In this document: one piece after another, positions 13,999 to 25,432 of the stretch
Position numbering within the stretch: the stretch's first letter is position 1
How the letters are laid out: every line of letters starts with the position of its first letter
From: Podarcis gaigeae
Lineage: Eukaryota
Length of the DNA stretch: 64,000 nt
NCBI GenBank assembly: GCA_964106915.2
Contig: OZ066916.1
Reading direction: 5' to 3' (one strand)
Program-made: the position numbers and the translations under genes
The notes under the pieces: generated by a model
The model's input: the letters and a program-made list of their open reading frames with translations, nothing else
What the model was told of the DNA's origin: nothing
Database searches by the model: none

Positions 13999-14300
13999 TT
14001 ATTATTTATACCCCGCCCATCTGGCTGGGTTTCCCCAGCCACTCTGGGCGGCTTCCAACAAACACTAAAATACAATAACCTATTAAACACTAAAATAAAA
14101 CACTAAAATACAATAACCTATTAAAAACTTCCCTAAACAGGGTTGCCTTCAAATGTCTTCTAAAAGTTTGGTAGTTATTTTTCTCTTTGATATCTGGTGG
14201 GAGGGCGTTCCATAGGGCGGGCGCCACTACCGAGAAGGCCCTCTACCTGGTTCCCTGTAACTTGGCTTCTTGCAGCGAGGGAACTGCCAGAAGACCCTCG
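13995..14300 (-). mobile_element. L2 LINE 3' fragment
   Basis: Typical squamate L2 end (ataccccgcccatctggctgggtttccccagccactctgggcggcttcc) adjoining a (TAA)n tail; homologs at 41390 and 63260. Confidence 0.8.
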
Positions 14301-14773
14301 GCGCTGTTAAGTTGTTTCATGTATGAAATAAAGACCACTTGTGCAATGAGACTTCCTCCCCCCCCCACACCCTCAAAATCTGCTCTAAAGGTTTGAAGGA
14401 ACCCCCCAAAATAGGTTTAGATGGGGGGGGAGACACAAGGAGAGGAGGGGGAAAGTCACCTTGTACGAGTAGACCTCATTCCCTGCATGTCTACACACAG
14501 TCTTTGTCACGATCATGAGGTGCACGACTATGCAAAAATATACTAATTATAAATCTACAATTATACCTATAAATTAGCAGGTACAAATTATATGCAAAAT
14601 TGAGCCCTCTTTTGCCTTCATTTCTGCTGGTGCATTTTCTCTTTTTTAGCAATGCTCCCAAGCAATGCATCCAACCACACTCTCCAACCACACTCTAATC
14701 GACAGAACCTTCCTGTCCAACAAACTAGCTATCTTTCTGCACTCCCAGCCTACTTAAATGTTCTCCCTACAGC

Positions 14774-14936
14774 AGTTACAGATAGGTAGTCGTGTTGGTC
14801 TGCCATAGTCAAAACAAAAAAAATTCCTTCCAGTAGCACCTTAAAGACCAACTAAGTTAGTTCTTGGTATGAGCTTTCGTGTGCATGCACACGAAAGCTC
14901 ATACCAAGAACTAACTTAGTTGGTCTTTAAGGTGCT
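14774..14936 (-). mobile_element. Penelope-like element pLTR fragment, fold-back copy 1
   Basis: Starts agttacagataggtag... like the copies at 25.2 and 38.8 kb; perfect 102-bp palindrome 14835-14936; direct repeat ctccctacagcagtt at 14763-14777 and 14935-14949. Confidence 0.85.
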
Positions 14937-17900
14937 CCCTACAGCAGTTCTGGAGGGAAGGTACACACACACACACACACACACACAACCCTACCATGAA
15001 ATTCAAGTGCCCCTGTGACTTTGAAGAGGTCAAGTAAGAGACCCATGTCCTCCTACCATGATTTGTGCAAAATCTTTATTGGATCCTTCTTGTCAAACTT
15101 GTCAGGATGATCAGATGCATTTTATGTCCTTTTACTCCTTTCAGATCAAAGTGCATCTATATCACTCTCACTATGACCAAGTACTGTGGTGCAGCAAGTA
15201 AAGTCAACCATTAACTTGAGCTCAGACACTGTAATTTTTCCCTTTGGAGTTCGTCACATGATTTCATCTTTTAAGCTGTTTGTGCCCATTTCATTTCACT
15301 CTATGCCAATTTTTATTTACCTTAATCTATTCTATTCTATTCTATTTTCTTTATTATACACACTTGGATAATGTATATTATGTACTTCTTATTTTGTTTT
15401 CTCATTGCTGGTCATTGACCACAACAATAAAGATTTTACTTAGCAATGCATAAATGGAAACTTGTGCTCCCTGTCCCTGCCCACCTGAGTCTCATTTGAA
15501 GGGAAGGAAGATATGAATCTTGTGAAATGGTCCTCTACCCACTTTGGACAAGACCTGGAAGTGCATGAAAAAGAAGGGGGGAAACATTGTAACTCTGCTC
15601 TGGCTACCTCCTATGAACATTCAAAGCAGCTGTTAGCTTTCAGCCTTAACTACAGCACTTACTAGCTAATTATTTCACCAGATCTCTCTCATGGACTTGT
15701 TGGTTCCCCACTTCCCTTGCTACTGATATAGACCAACTGCAAAGCTGGCACATTGACTGTTTTTGACGGGAACTGGCATTTCACTGCATTATGCTACACA
15801 CATTTGCAAATATGCTATTTATCATCTTGTTTTGCATCTGTGATTACTCTCTTGCTTTTTAATTATAGATTAGTGCAGAGCAAAGCAAATTGCTGGATGG
15901 GACCCAAGGACAAAATATTACTTCTTTTTGGCTTAAGAGAAATTGGATCAGAGACCAGGAGGTGAGCCTTGATTCTCGATAACATTTCCACTCTGGGTGT
16001 TTCATCTTGTTGCTTCTGTGTTGCAATGTAAGCCTTTTAAATCTGTTCAGACTGCATATACCAGCAAAAGAACAGAGGACAGCTGGGAGTTGCCTGGATA
16101 CCTTTACTCCAGGCAAGTGGGTGGGGTTGAAGAACGAGCTATGACATTCTGTGCAAATTGTACTTCCATTTATCAAGGTTTTCAGAATATTCATTCATTT
16201 ACTTAGTTCTTCAAGCTGTTGTAGGATAATCCAAACCCTGGCTGGGAAGTGGTGATGTGTGGTGAAATGGAGAAACCACAATATCTGCAGCCCTGTTGCT
16301 CACACCTGGGAAGGTATGCTGGGGGAAGAAAGGCAAATCACTCCGTCAGCCTGGAGACGGTACAGCCATTGGCCCTGGACGAAGCCCAGTGTTCTCAAGG
16401 GATGGAAGTGGAGTCAGCTGGGATTCAGCAGATCCCTGGCATGGCTCAGCCCATCCTACAGAACAGCCCATTTTGTGGCATTCTGCAAGCTACTACTGGC
16501 AGAGATCCCATTAGCAGTACTTCCACTCACCTGCCCATTTGGTGGGTGGAAAGGGGAGTTGGTACCGCTCTGTGGGCAGAGGTCAGCAGGGCTTGATGAA
16601 CAAAAACTCCCACCCAGTACAGTCCCTCTCAAGCTGGTACAAGAGGCCTTTGGATTGCAGCTTAAGCACCACCCTTCATTGAAAATTTCAGGGTGGATTC
16701 CCCTAAGGTTTCCATAAAACAACAATACAATAACACCAGGGGGAAAATACAATATAAACAGTAAGAAAATACAAATACTAAAAGCTAGGAAACAACAGTA
16801 GTAAATGCTTCAGTTAATAAATGGGTCTTCAGCCAATCAAGATGCCTACCTCACAGCTAGATAGGAGCTGATTCCAAAGGCTGGGAGCCACTACAAAAAG
16901 ATCATTCGTCTAGTTGTCTCCAGATGGATTTGTGTAGGCTGAGGGACAACCAGGAGGGCCTGAGCTAATGATCTCAGTGTATGGGCAAGCCAGAAAAGTA
17001 TTCTCTTGGGTCTTGTGGTTAGATTTAGGAACTTAAGAAAAGCCTGATGGATTAGGCCAGTGGCCCATCTTTCCTCTCCTATGGTTTCAGCAACTGATAG
17101 CATACAGCCTCTGATGGAGGAGATGGGTAAATTTATTAAGGGATAGAAAATACAAGAGAACAGCTGAAAACTCGAAAAGTAATGAACAGAAAATCCAGCT
17201 GGTCTTGCATTACTTTGCAGCCAAAGCCCGGCTCACCAGACATGGTTAAGAAGAGCCAATGCAGCTCAGTGAAGGTTCTTGACAACTGTCAAGGATGTAG
17301 AGACATATTTTTTCAAGAGACAGGTCAAGTGACAGGTTATACTTCCTCAGAAAAAAGTGATGCAGAGCTACAGCAGGCAAAAGCCTGTAGCTGACACAGC
17401 AGGTTTGGCAGCATACACATTGCAGGTTCATAGCACATTGCAGCTCTCAAACGCTTTAGCCATATGTCAAGTGGACACCCAGCCTTACAGAGCTGAACTA
17501 CAGAAGGAGCAACCTTAAGTGCCTTTTCACACATTATGCAGAGGCAAACCCAGGTCTGCAAGGTCAAGAGGGAGCCACAGCCAGTCTTACAGATGTGTGT
17601 ACAATCTACAGTCAAATCGGTGGTGATGTTGCCTGACGTGTGTGCAGGACTGGGCATGGTGCCAAATCCCTAGAAAATGGCAAGGGAGACTTGGAAGCAC
17701 AGCATGGGCATATGGGAGATAATCTAACGTGTGAAAAAGGCACTTAGGGTTGTTATTTCATTTTAAACATGTGTTAACTAACGTTCATTAAGAAAAAGGG
17801 GGAAAGACTACCATGCACCATACCGCATTGATCTCCCCAGTGCCTCACTCTTCTTGGGAAACGGCAGTGACCCACTGTGTTGGGAACCTAGGAAAGCAAT

Positions 17901-18525
17901 GCTGCCCAAACTGTACGACCTCAGCAGGTTATCAAGAAGAGAAAATGGAGGGGAGGGACTTGAGCTCATGGGTTGAGTGTGTGCTTTGAATGTGGGAGAT
18001 CCCAGTGCCTCTAGTTGAAAGGACCAGGTAGCAGGTAAAGTAAAAGACTCTGTTGTCATTTTTAACAATAATGGGCTACAGAGACAAATTTTCTAACCTG
18101 GTATAAGGCACCTTCTTTCATTCATGTGCCTACAACACTGAACTCCAGGGGCCGGATAAAAATGTAGCTATTAAGGACAAATTGACTGTGAATTCATGCT
18201 CTTGAGGCCTTGCCACATTTAGCCTGAAAGACAGGGAAGGAGAGAGTCCCATGACTGGCCTTCATAAATGCTGCTCCTAATCTCGGGGTGGGGGGAAGGG
18301 GCTGGGCTGGCAATTTTACATAACACTGTATGGTACATAGAGTTCTATGGTTCCTGCCTGGAAGACTTGCAATTCATTTCTTCACCACCATTAATGAGCC
18401 CCCTGAAGTGAGGGCAATGTGCCTGAAAAATCTCCAAGTGACTTGACCACACTGCTGCCCGAGGCAGCTGCCTCTGTTTGCCTAACAATAGAGCTGGCCC
18501 TATGTGGGCCAAAGTATTGACTTAA

Positions 18526-18672
18526 AATCATAGAATCATAGCATTGTGGAGCTGGAAGGGACCCCAGTGATCATCTAGTTCAACCCCTTGAAATCTTTTT
18601 GGCCAAAGTGGAGCTCGAACCCTTGACCTGAGATTAAGAGTCACATGCTGTACTGACTGAGCTATCCCAACT
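18526..18672 (-). mobile_element. tRNA-Lys(CTT)-derived SINE with CR1 3' tail
   Basis: Minus strand GGGATAGCTCAGTCAGTACAGCATGTGACTCTTAATCTCAGGTCAAGGGTTCGAGCTCCACTTTGGCC resembles tRNA-Lys(CTT); it is followed by a CR1 end with CTATGATT repeats. Confidence 0.8.
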
Positions 18673-18761
18673 TGGTAGAAGGCAGCTTCACGGAAGTCCT
18701 CACCCCATCCCTTGGCAGCTCTGATGTCAAAATTATTATGAGCACATTCCAAAACAGGCTT

Positions 18762-18940
18762 AGGGGAAGGGCTATAGCTCAGTGCAAGCAGAAGGTTGCA
18801 AGTTCAATCCTGCCATGTCTATGTAGGGCTGGGAGAATCCCTCCCTGAAACCCTGGAGAGCTGCTACCTGTCTGTGTGAACAACGCTTATCTAGGTGCAC
18901 CAAAGGTATGACTTGGTATAAGGTAGCTTCCTATGTCCCT
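18762..18940 (+). mobile_element. tRNA-derived SINE with ...cttcctatgt(t/c)cct tail
   Basis: Head ggggaagggctatagctcagtg, B-box-like gttcaatcc; decayed relatives at about 17975-18125, 19531-19720, 23113-23232, 27558-27736 (-) and 52597-52760 (-). Confidence 0.75.
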
Positions 18941-20845
18941 GTGACAGCCCCTCCTTTCTCTCCTCTTGTTAATTCTGATTAAGAAAAGATGGATATTCTA
19001 AGGACTGGTCATTAGGCTTCTATGCAAATTAATTAAACATTGTGTTTAACAGCTGACCTTCTTTCACATGGAGTTTGGAATCACATCTTACTTTCATATT
19101 CTGCTTTAAGAAATGATGTGTGAATATCAAAAGGCCTCATTCTCTTTCATTAGTAAAGGGCCAGGGAACACAGCTGGCAGAGCCTCTGCAAAATCTGTTA
19201 AAACAGAAAGCAAAGAACTGTGAGAAAGTGATGGGAATTCTGATCTTAAGGCTGCATTATTCACCAAGTATATAGCCAGTGAGTGTTTTGCAATATGTTG
19301 CACTGCGTCATAGTATTGGTAGTATCATATTGTGGAAAAACATAATATAATAGGATTAGAGGAGATGACAGTATCAAAATAGACAAATATAGATTGCATG
19401 CTGCAGCCTGAGAACACTGGAAGGTGCCAAGTGAGTCTCTGTGGGGAAGCTGTTCCATAGCCGGGTGCCACTATTGAAAACATGGTATGTAAAAAAGCTT
19501 CTGACTAATTCTCATAAAACCTTCAGAAGTAGGGGAAGGGGTTGAAAGTAGAAAACATTCTCTGCATGCACAGAGTTTCCCGTATCTCACTGGTATCTCA
19601 TGGTAGGACTAGAAAGAGCTCCTGCTGAAGCTTTAGGTGACTATTGCCAACAATGTAAAGAATACTAAGCTAGATGCGTCAATGGTCAGAGTCAGAATAA
19701 GGCAGCTTTCTATGTTCCTAAACAGATCAATAACCCATAGCGACCTTGTGAGTAAAGATTAACACCCTTGTAATCCATTTTCACAAGAGGAGTAACTTGT
19801 GGTTATGTTGTTCTGACAGGGGAAAAAATCAAACACAATTCTCAAAAAGCTTGGATTCTGATCAAATGAATTATACAATCAGCCCCCACAAAATGTGCAT
19901 AGCATCAATATTCCATCTGAACTTTTAAGATGTCATTTCAAGGCTACAATGATGTCTTCTAAATGGGCACCATCGTAGTCTCTCTGCCAACTAGGGAGTC
20001 AGAATGTCTGAGCTACAGTTCACTAGGGCTGTTGGACCCAACATGAAAAGAATTCCATCTGGTTCAATGAGATTCCAAGCGCAAAGATCAAATTGAAATA
20101 CTCCCACATTTTTCTGGCTGTTGCGTTTTGTTTTTTTTTAACTGCATAACATCTACAGGTTCCTTCCTGTTTGGAAAACATCAGATAAAATATTCATCTC
20201 CTGGCCCTGTTAAACTAAACACCATAAGGTCATGGATTTAAATTCTCTTGTGGTATGGTGAGAACTGATGTGACCTCCCCCCACCCCCTTTTTTTCTACA
20301 TTACCTAAGAAAAATGGCAGCAATTTTAATATGTACGTGGCAGAGCATTCAGTTAGTTTAAAGAGCCAGATGCTCATGCATAAAGCTAAAGCTGTTAAAG
20401 TTCTCCAGTAAACTTTCATATAAAGAAGGCAAGTAAATAAATCGGTAGTACTGAAATACTAACAAAAATTCATAGAATCAAATCAGAACAGAAGACTAGT
20501 CCAGCAACTAGTTCTCAGAGTGGCCACCCAGATGTCGGTAGGAAGCTCACAAGCATTGCCATGACCACGATATCATTCTCCCACTGCTTTCCCCCAGCAA
20601 TTGGTATTCAGATTCATACTGTCTCTGCCCCTGCAGATAGCCATCGTCACTATTAGACACTGAAAGCTTTATCCTCTATCCTTCTTAGTGTGCCTCCTCC
20701 ACAAGGGGTCCAGACTTTGGTGGGCGGCAACATGAGAATGGGCCTTTTCTGCAGTGGCTCCCCATTTGTGGAATGCTCTCCCCCAGGGAGCTTTGCCTGG
20801 TGCCTTCATTGTACACCTTGATATCTATGGGTATGGGACAGTATA

Positions 20846-21071
20846 GAAGAGTTTGGATTTGATATCCCGCTTTATCACTACCCTAAGGAGTCTCAAAGCG
20901 GCTAACATTCTCCTTTCCCTTCCTCCCCCAAACACTCTGTGAGGTGAGTGGGGCTGAGAGACTTCAAAGAAGTGTGACTGGCCCAAGGTCACCCAGCAGC
21001 TGCATGTGGAGGAGCGGAGACGCGAACCCAGTTCATCAGATTCCGCTTAACCTCTCTTAACCACTACACCA
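20846..21071 (-). mobile_element. MIR/Ther1-derived CORE SINE (Squam3-like)
   Basis: Minus head TGGTGTAGTGGTTAAGAG (A box), GGGTTCGCGTCTCC (B box), CORE-like gtgaccttgggccagtcac; sits within an L2 remnant. Confidence 0.8.
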
Positions 21072-21265
21072 TACAAATTTAATAAATAAATAAAATTTGT
21101 CAGATCCCTTTTTAAAGCTAAATTGGTGGCCATCACTCTATTTTGTGTTAGTAAACGGCATTAACCCTGCATTGTGTAAAGAAGTACTTTCTCTTGCCTG
21201 CCCTGACTCTCCCACTATGATGCCAACATCCATTTTCTGGTCATTCACTGAGTTTCAATGGAGGG

Positions 21266-21904
21266 GGTAAAGGTAATGTAAAGGACCCCTGGATGGTTAA
21301 ACACTTGTTGTTGTTTAGTCGTTTAGTCGTGTCCGACTCTTTGTGACCCCATGGACCAGAGCACGCCAGGCACTTCTGTCTTCCACTGCCTCCCGCAGTT
21401 TGGTCAGACTCATGTTTGTAGCTTCGAAGACACTATCCAACCATCTCGTCCTCTGTCGTCCCCTTCTCCTTGTGCCCTCCATCTTTCCCAACATCAGGGT
21501 CTTTTCCAGGGAATCTTCTCTTCTCATGAGGTGGCGAAAGTATTGGAGCCTCAGCTTCACGATCTGTCCTTCCAGTGAGCACAGTCAAAGGGAATTATGG
21601 GGTTGCAGCGCTCATCTTGCTTTCAGGATGAGGGAGCTGGCATTTGTCTACAGACAGCTTTCCAGGTCATGTGGCCAGTATGACTAAGCTGCTTCTGGCA
21701 CAATGGGACACTGTGACAGAAACCAGAGCACACGGAATTGCCCTATTTATCTACTTGCACTGGCGTGCTTTTGAACTTCTAGGTTGGCAGGAGCTGGGAC
21801 AAAGCAATGGGAGCTCATCCCATCGCAGGGATTCAAACCGCTGACCTTCTGATCAGCAAGCCCAAGAGGCTCAGTGGTTTAGACCACAGCGCCACCCACG
21901 TCTC
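21266..21904 (-). mobile_element. Sauria SINE split by a Bov-B insertion
   Basis: (ACCTTT)-type tail at left, tRNA-like head with A and B boxes at right; homologous to the 48.4, 62.7 and 63.6 kb copies. Confidence 0.88.
21305..21582 (-). mobile_element. Bov-B LINE 3' fragment nested in a Sauria SINE
   Basis: Minus ORF KLRLQYF.HLMRREDSLEKTLMLGK...; (TTG)n at the left end. Confidence 0.95.
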
Positions 21905-22024
21905 TCATGTAATTGGTTTTGAATATGCAAAGAGATGTGAATACGTAACAGGCTTCTGAGAGAAATTCAACATTGCTCTAGACAGGGCAAGCATTTCAAC
22001 TTGCCCCCGGTCTCCTCACCATGT

Positions 22025-22316
22025 GCACTGTTCCTGGGATTCCTGCAAAGGATCCTATGAACCATAGTTTGTCATGGGCATTGAAAGTTGTTAGTAGACA
22101 ACTATTCCCCTCACAGAACCACAATTCCCAGAGTTCTCTAGGGAAGAGGGATTAATTATAAAACCACTCTGGGTATTATAGTTCTGTGAGGGGAAAAGGA
22201 GTCTCTAATAACTCTCAGCGCCCTTCATAAACTACAGTTCCCAGGATTCTTCGGGGGAAGCCATGGCTGTTAAAGTAGCATAATAGATCTTTCAGTGTAT
22301 AGTGTTGATATGGCCT
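22025..22316. mobile_element. Palindromic non-autonomous DNA element (family not assigned)
   Basis: Nested inverted arms: cctgggattc/gttcccaggattc, cccctcacagaac/gttctgtgagggg, cccagagt/actctggg. Confidence 0.6.
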
Positions 22317-22754
22317 GAGGCACCGCAATGCAACTGGGAGTGGTTGCAGCCGCTCTTGAGGCCATGCATGTCATCCATTTAATCAAACCTAAAATCTAAT
22401 TACTCCACTTTTCATCTGGTCAGTAGATTGCAGCTGAACATGTAACCTTCAGCATCATGGATCCTCAGCCTTGAGTGGTGCTACACACTCCAAATTATTG
22501 CGCATCCTTTGATAATAAATGGTGATGTGTCAGTCACCAGTCATGTCATTTGAGAAAAGGAAGGCTCTAAGGAATAATGAAATAGTGCTCTTCTAGTTTA
22601 ATCAAATATTCAGCAAAGAATGCCAGCAACTATTACAGACAAGTGAGGTTTTTCCAAGGGACAGTAACTTAGGAGAAGCTCAGAAATCTGACAGCCTATT
22701 ATATAACCGGTAATTTCATTAAAGTACTGCTATTCCCTGAATATCTGACAAGTG

Positions 22755-22756
<2 letters not shown>

Positions 22757-22795
<39 letters not shown>

Positions 22796-22819
22796 CATAC
22801 ATACACACACACACACACA
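22757..22819. repeat. (GT)n(GC)n(AC)n compound repeat
   Basis: Directly visible; continuous purine-pyrimidine alternation. Confidence 0.9.
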
Positions 22820-23845
22820 ACTTCCTATGCACTATCTCTGACTCTCTGGAAGAGCCAATAATCTCTATTAGGCCCTCCACAATAGAGCACACACAAAATT
22901 CCCCTTGAAGGGGCTGGGCACCCACAAATTTTAGTGCCAGGTCTATGCAACCTGCATGGCACTCATGGCCCCGGGCACCCACGGTCACGGGGCCACATTG
23001 GCACTCCTGTCACTAAGACCATAACTACCAATCCCTCTTATTCATTGTGTGAGGGTGTTAGTGGTCAGCCAGAGGCTACAGATGGCAGTGTGGAAGTTCA
23101 GGTGTTATCTAGTGGGAAGGCTGTCACTTCATGGCAGAGCACCACCTTTTGCATGCAAAAGGTTCCCATTTCAATCCCTGGCATCTCCAAGTAGGACTTG
23201 GAAAGACTCTGACTTGAAACCCTGCAGGAAACCACATCCTCAGGGTGCTCATTCAGTACCAGGGACAGAGTATGTAGCAAGAAGAGTATGGAGCGACACA
23301 CACACTTGTGGCTTCAAACCTGTCAGGCAGTTTACCCTTCGTGACTCTAGTCAATCTCCTCGGCATGATCTCTGGTATCCCCTCTGACCACTAGGACCTG
23401 CTGCGTCTTTTGAACCTTACAGAGTAGTTATACTGAAGTAGCTCTAGTAAGACAAATTAAACCCAAGTCTGCATACAGTTAAGAGCTGCACTGTGTAAGG
23501 GTGCTAGGCAGCCAACTCCTACTCAGGGTAGTCCCACTGACATTAATGAACCTAAATTAATCCCATCCGTTAACTCCAATGGGTCTCTTCTGAGTAGGGC
23601 TAGCATTGAACACCACCCTAAATTTTCATAAGTGGACGCTGGGTGGGTAATGTGTGTCCAAACTGTCCTTTGGAGCAGCTCACAGACTTCCCTGACCAAC
23701 CACTTAGTCGTTTTAGGGATTAGGAGACCCTTTCTCAGCTAGATGACTAGATTAGGTACTAGATCATGCAGCAGCTTGAAGTTGATAGTTTCCATGGGTC
23801 TTACTCCCTGCTAAAGCTGCAATCTTAACCCTATTTACCTGAGAT

Positions 23846-23991
23846 CAGTGGCGTAGCGTGGGGGGTGCATGGGGGCCGGCCGCACCTGGCGCAACATCTG
23901 GGGGTTAGGGTTAGGGGGCGCAAATCCACGGGTTAGGGGATGCAAATTACTTGCCTTGCCCCGGGTGCTGACAACCCACGCTACGCCACTG
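23846..23991. mobile_element. hAT-type MITE containing TTAGGG units
   Basis: Perfect 17-bp TIR CAGTGGCGTAGCGTGGG; 8-bp TSD cctgagat/gctgagat. Confidence 0.88.
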
Positions 23992-24611
23992 GCTGAGATT
24001 AATCCCCAATTGAATTCAGCAGGATTTAGCTCTGAATAGACATGGTTAGGATTGCACAGTTTGTTTGCATAGGACTTCGGCCTTTAAACAGCAATATCTT
24101 TCAATGTTTTGAGCTGCTTTGTGGACTTGGTCACAAAGTGGGCTACAGAGCTCCTCACTCCAGCTGCACCACAGTGCTTGCCTCTTTTCTCTATAGCTGG
24201 AAATTAAAAGCCCTGTGAGTAGGAGGAACCCTGGCTTTTGTTCTTTCGGTGCCTGGTGACAAGGAGAAACGCAGAAAGAAAATCTATCACAATAGGTAAA
24301 TGACAGCGAGCATTAAACGGTATTAGAAATTGTCTTCACAAAGACAAACCCCAGTTTTATTGTAAATCTGTAATAGACTTACAAGGTTTTGTTCTGTCAT
24401 ATTTTCCATGCCTGCTTACACTCAAAAAAATTGGTTGGCTTTTTAATTGCTACAATTAATTATAACATTTCATAACGAATTCATTTGTGGGCGTAAGTAG
24501 CTCTCATTTTAAGATGTTGTGACAATGAAAAAGAAAATCAAAATTTCATTTTAAGGCAACACATGGTTGTTGTTTTTTAATAGCAATGGATCTGACAGCT
24601 CTTAGGTTTTA

Positions 24612-24615
<4 letters not shown>

Positions 24616-24651
<36 letters not shown>

Positions 24652-24667
24652 TGCTACTACTACTATT
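24616..24667. repeat. (TTA)n(CTA)n microsatellite
   Basis: Directly visible. Confidence 0.9.
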
Positions 24668-25235
24668 AAAGGTGGCATTGTGTTCTTGTGATTTTGCCAC
24701 TTTAAAACAGAGCTACAACAGAACAAAATCATTAAGTAATTCTCTGTTTTCTTCTGGGTATTCAGGAACACCCTGAAAATAGTGTTTTGCCATACAAAGC
24801 TTCCATATGTGATATACAGCAAGCCTGCAACTTATGTGGGGGTTACATTCTCAGGATCATGCCTAAAACCAAAATTGCATGTTGTCAAAACACATTGGGT
24901 GCAGTGGTGGGTGGGATTGCCAAAGAAAGGCTTTCCCCTCAGATGCCTACCCCCTTTTTAAAAACATATAAAAATTGTCAGGTGCATAAAGCTGAATGCG
25001 AACAAGTTAAATGCTTGTACGTTGTGGGCTTACTGTAATTCGAAGGAAAGGAAAAGGGAAGTTGGAAGTGACTTGTGGCAAAGGAGAACTGGCTTAATTC
25101 TTTATTATTTATTTATTACATTTGCACCCCACCTTTCTTCAAGGCGTTCAGGGTGTTGTACCTGCTTCTCCTCCTCCTCCCATTTTTTCCTCACAAGAAC
25201 CCCGTGAGGTATGTTAGGCACCTCAACTTAACTCA

Positions 25236-25432
25236 AGTTACAGATAGGTAGCCGTGTTGGTCTGCCATAGTAAAAAAAAAATAAAAAATCCTTCCAGTAG
25301 CACCTTAAAGACCAACTAAGTCAGTTCTTGGTATGAGCTTTCGTGTGCATGCACACTTCTTCAGAAAGCTCATACCAAGAACTGACTTAGTTGGTCTTTA
25401 AGGTGCTACTGGAAGGAATTTTTTTTTTTGTT
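25236..25432 (-). mobile_element. Penelope-like element pLTR fragment, fold-back copy 2, nested in a decayed MIR/Squam3-like SINE
   Basis: 54-bp perfect inverted arms 25289-25342 and 25364-25417; direct repeat tcaacttaactcaagtta at 25223-25240 and 25433-25450. Confidence 0.85.
25331..25364 (-). ncRNA. Hammerhead core lacking the 5' strand of stem I
   Basis: Minus strand reads CTGAAGA A GTGTGCATGCACAC GAAAGCTC ATAC; the upstream GTAT is replaced by the inversion junction. Confidence 0.6.

Noticed and set aside
14835-14936. Pre-miRNA or DNA-transposon MITE
   Set aside because: No loop or mismatches, asymmetric ends, variable 12-18 bp TSDs and a hammerhead core fit a Penelope fold-back better.
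16249-16752. Cluster of overlapping 72-152 aa ORFs
   Set aside because: No recognisable protein similarity or splice context; probably decayed repeat sequence.
18600-18672. Functional tRNA-Lys gene
   Set aside because: Several substitutions, a broken acceptor stem and fusion to a CR1 tail indicate a SINE head.
23900-23940. Relic of a telomere fusion
   Set aside because: Only three TTAGGG units, enclosed by MITE TIRs and a TSD.
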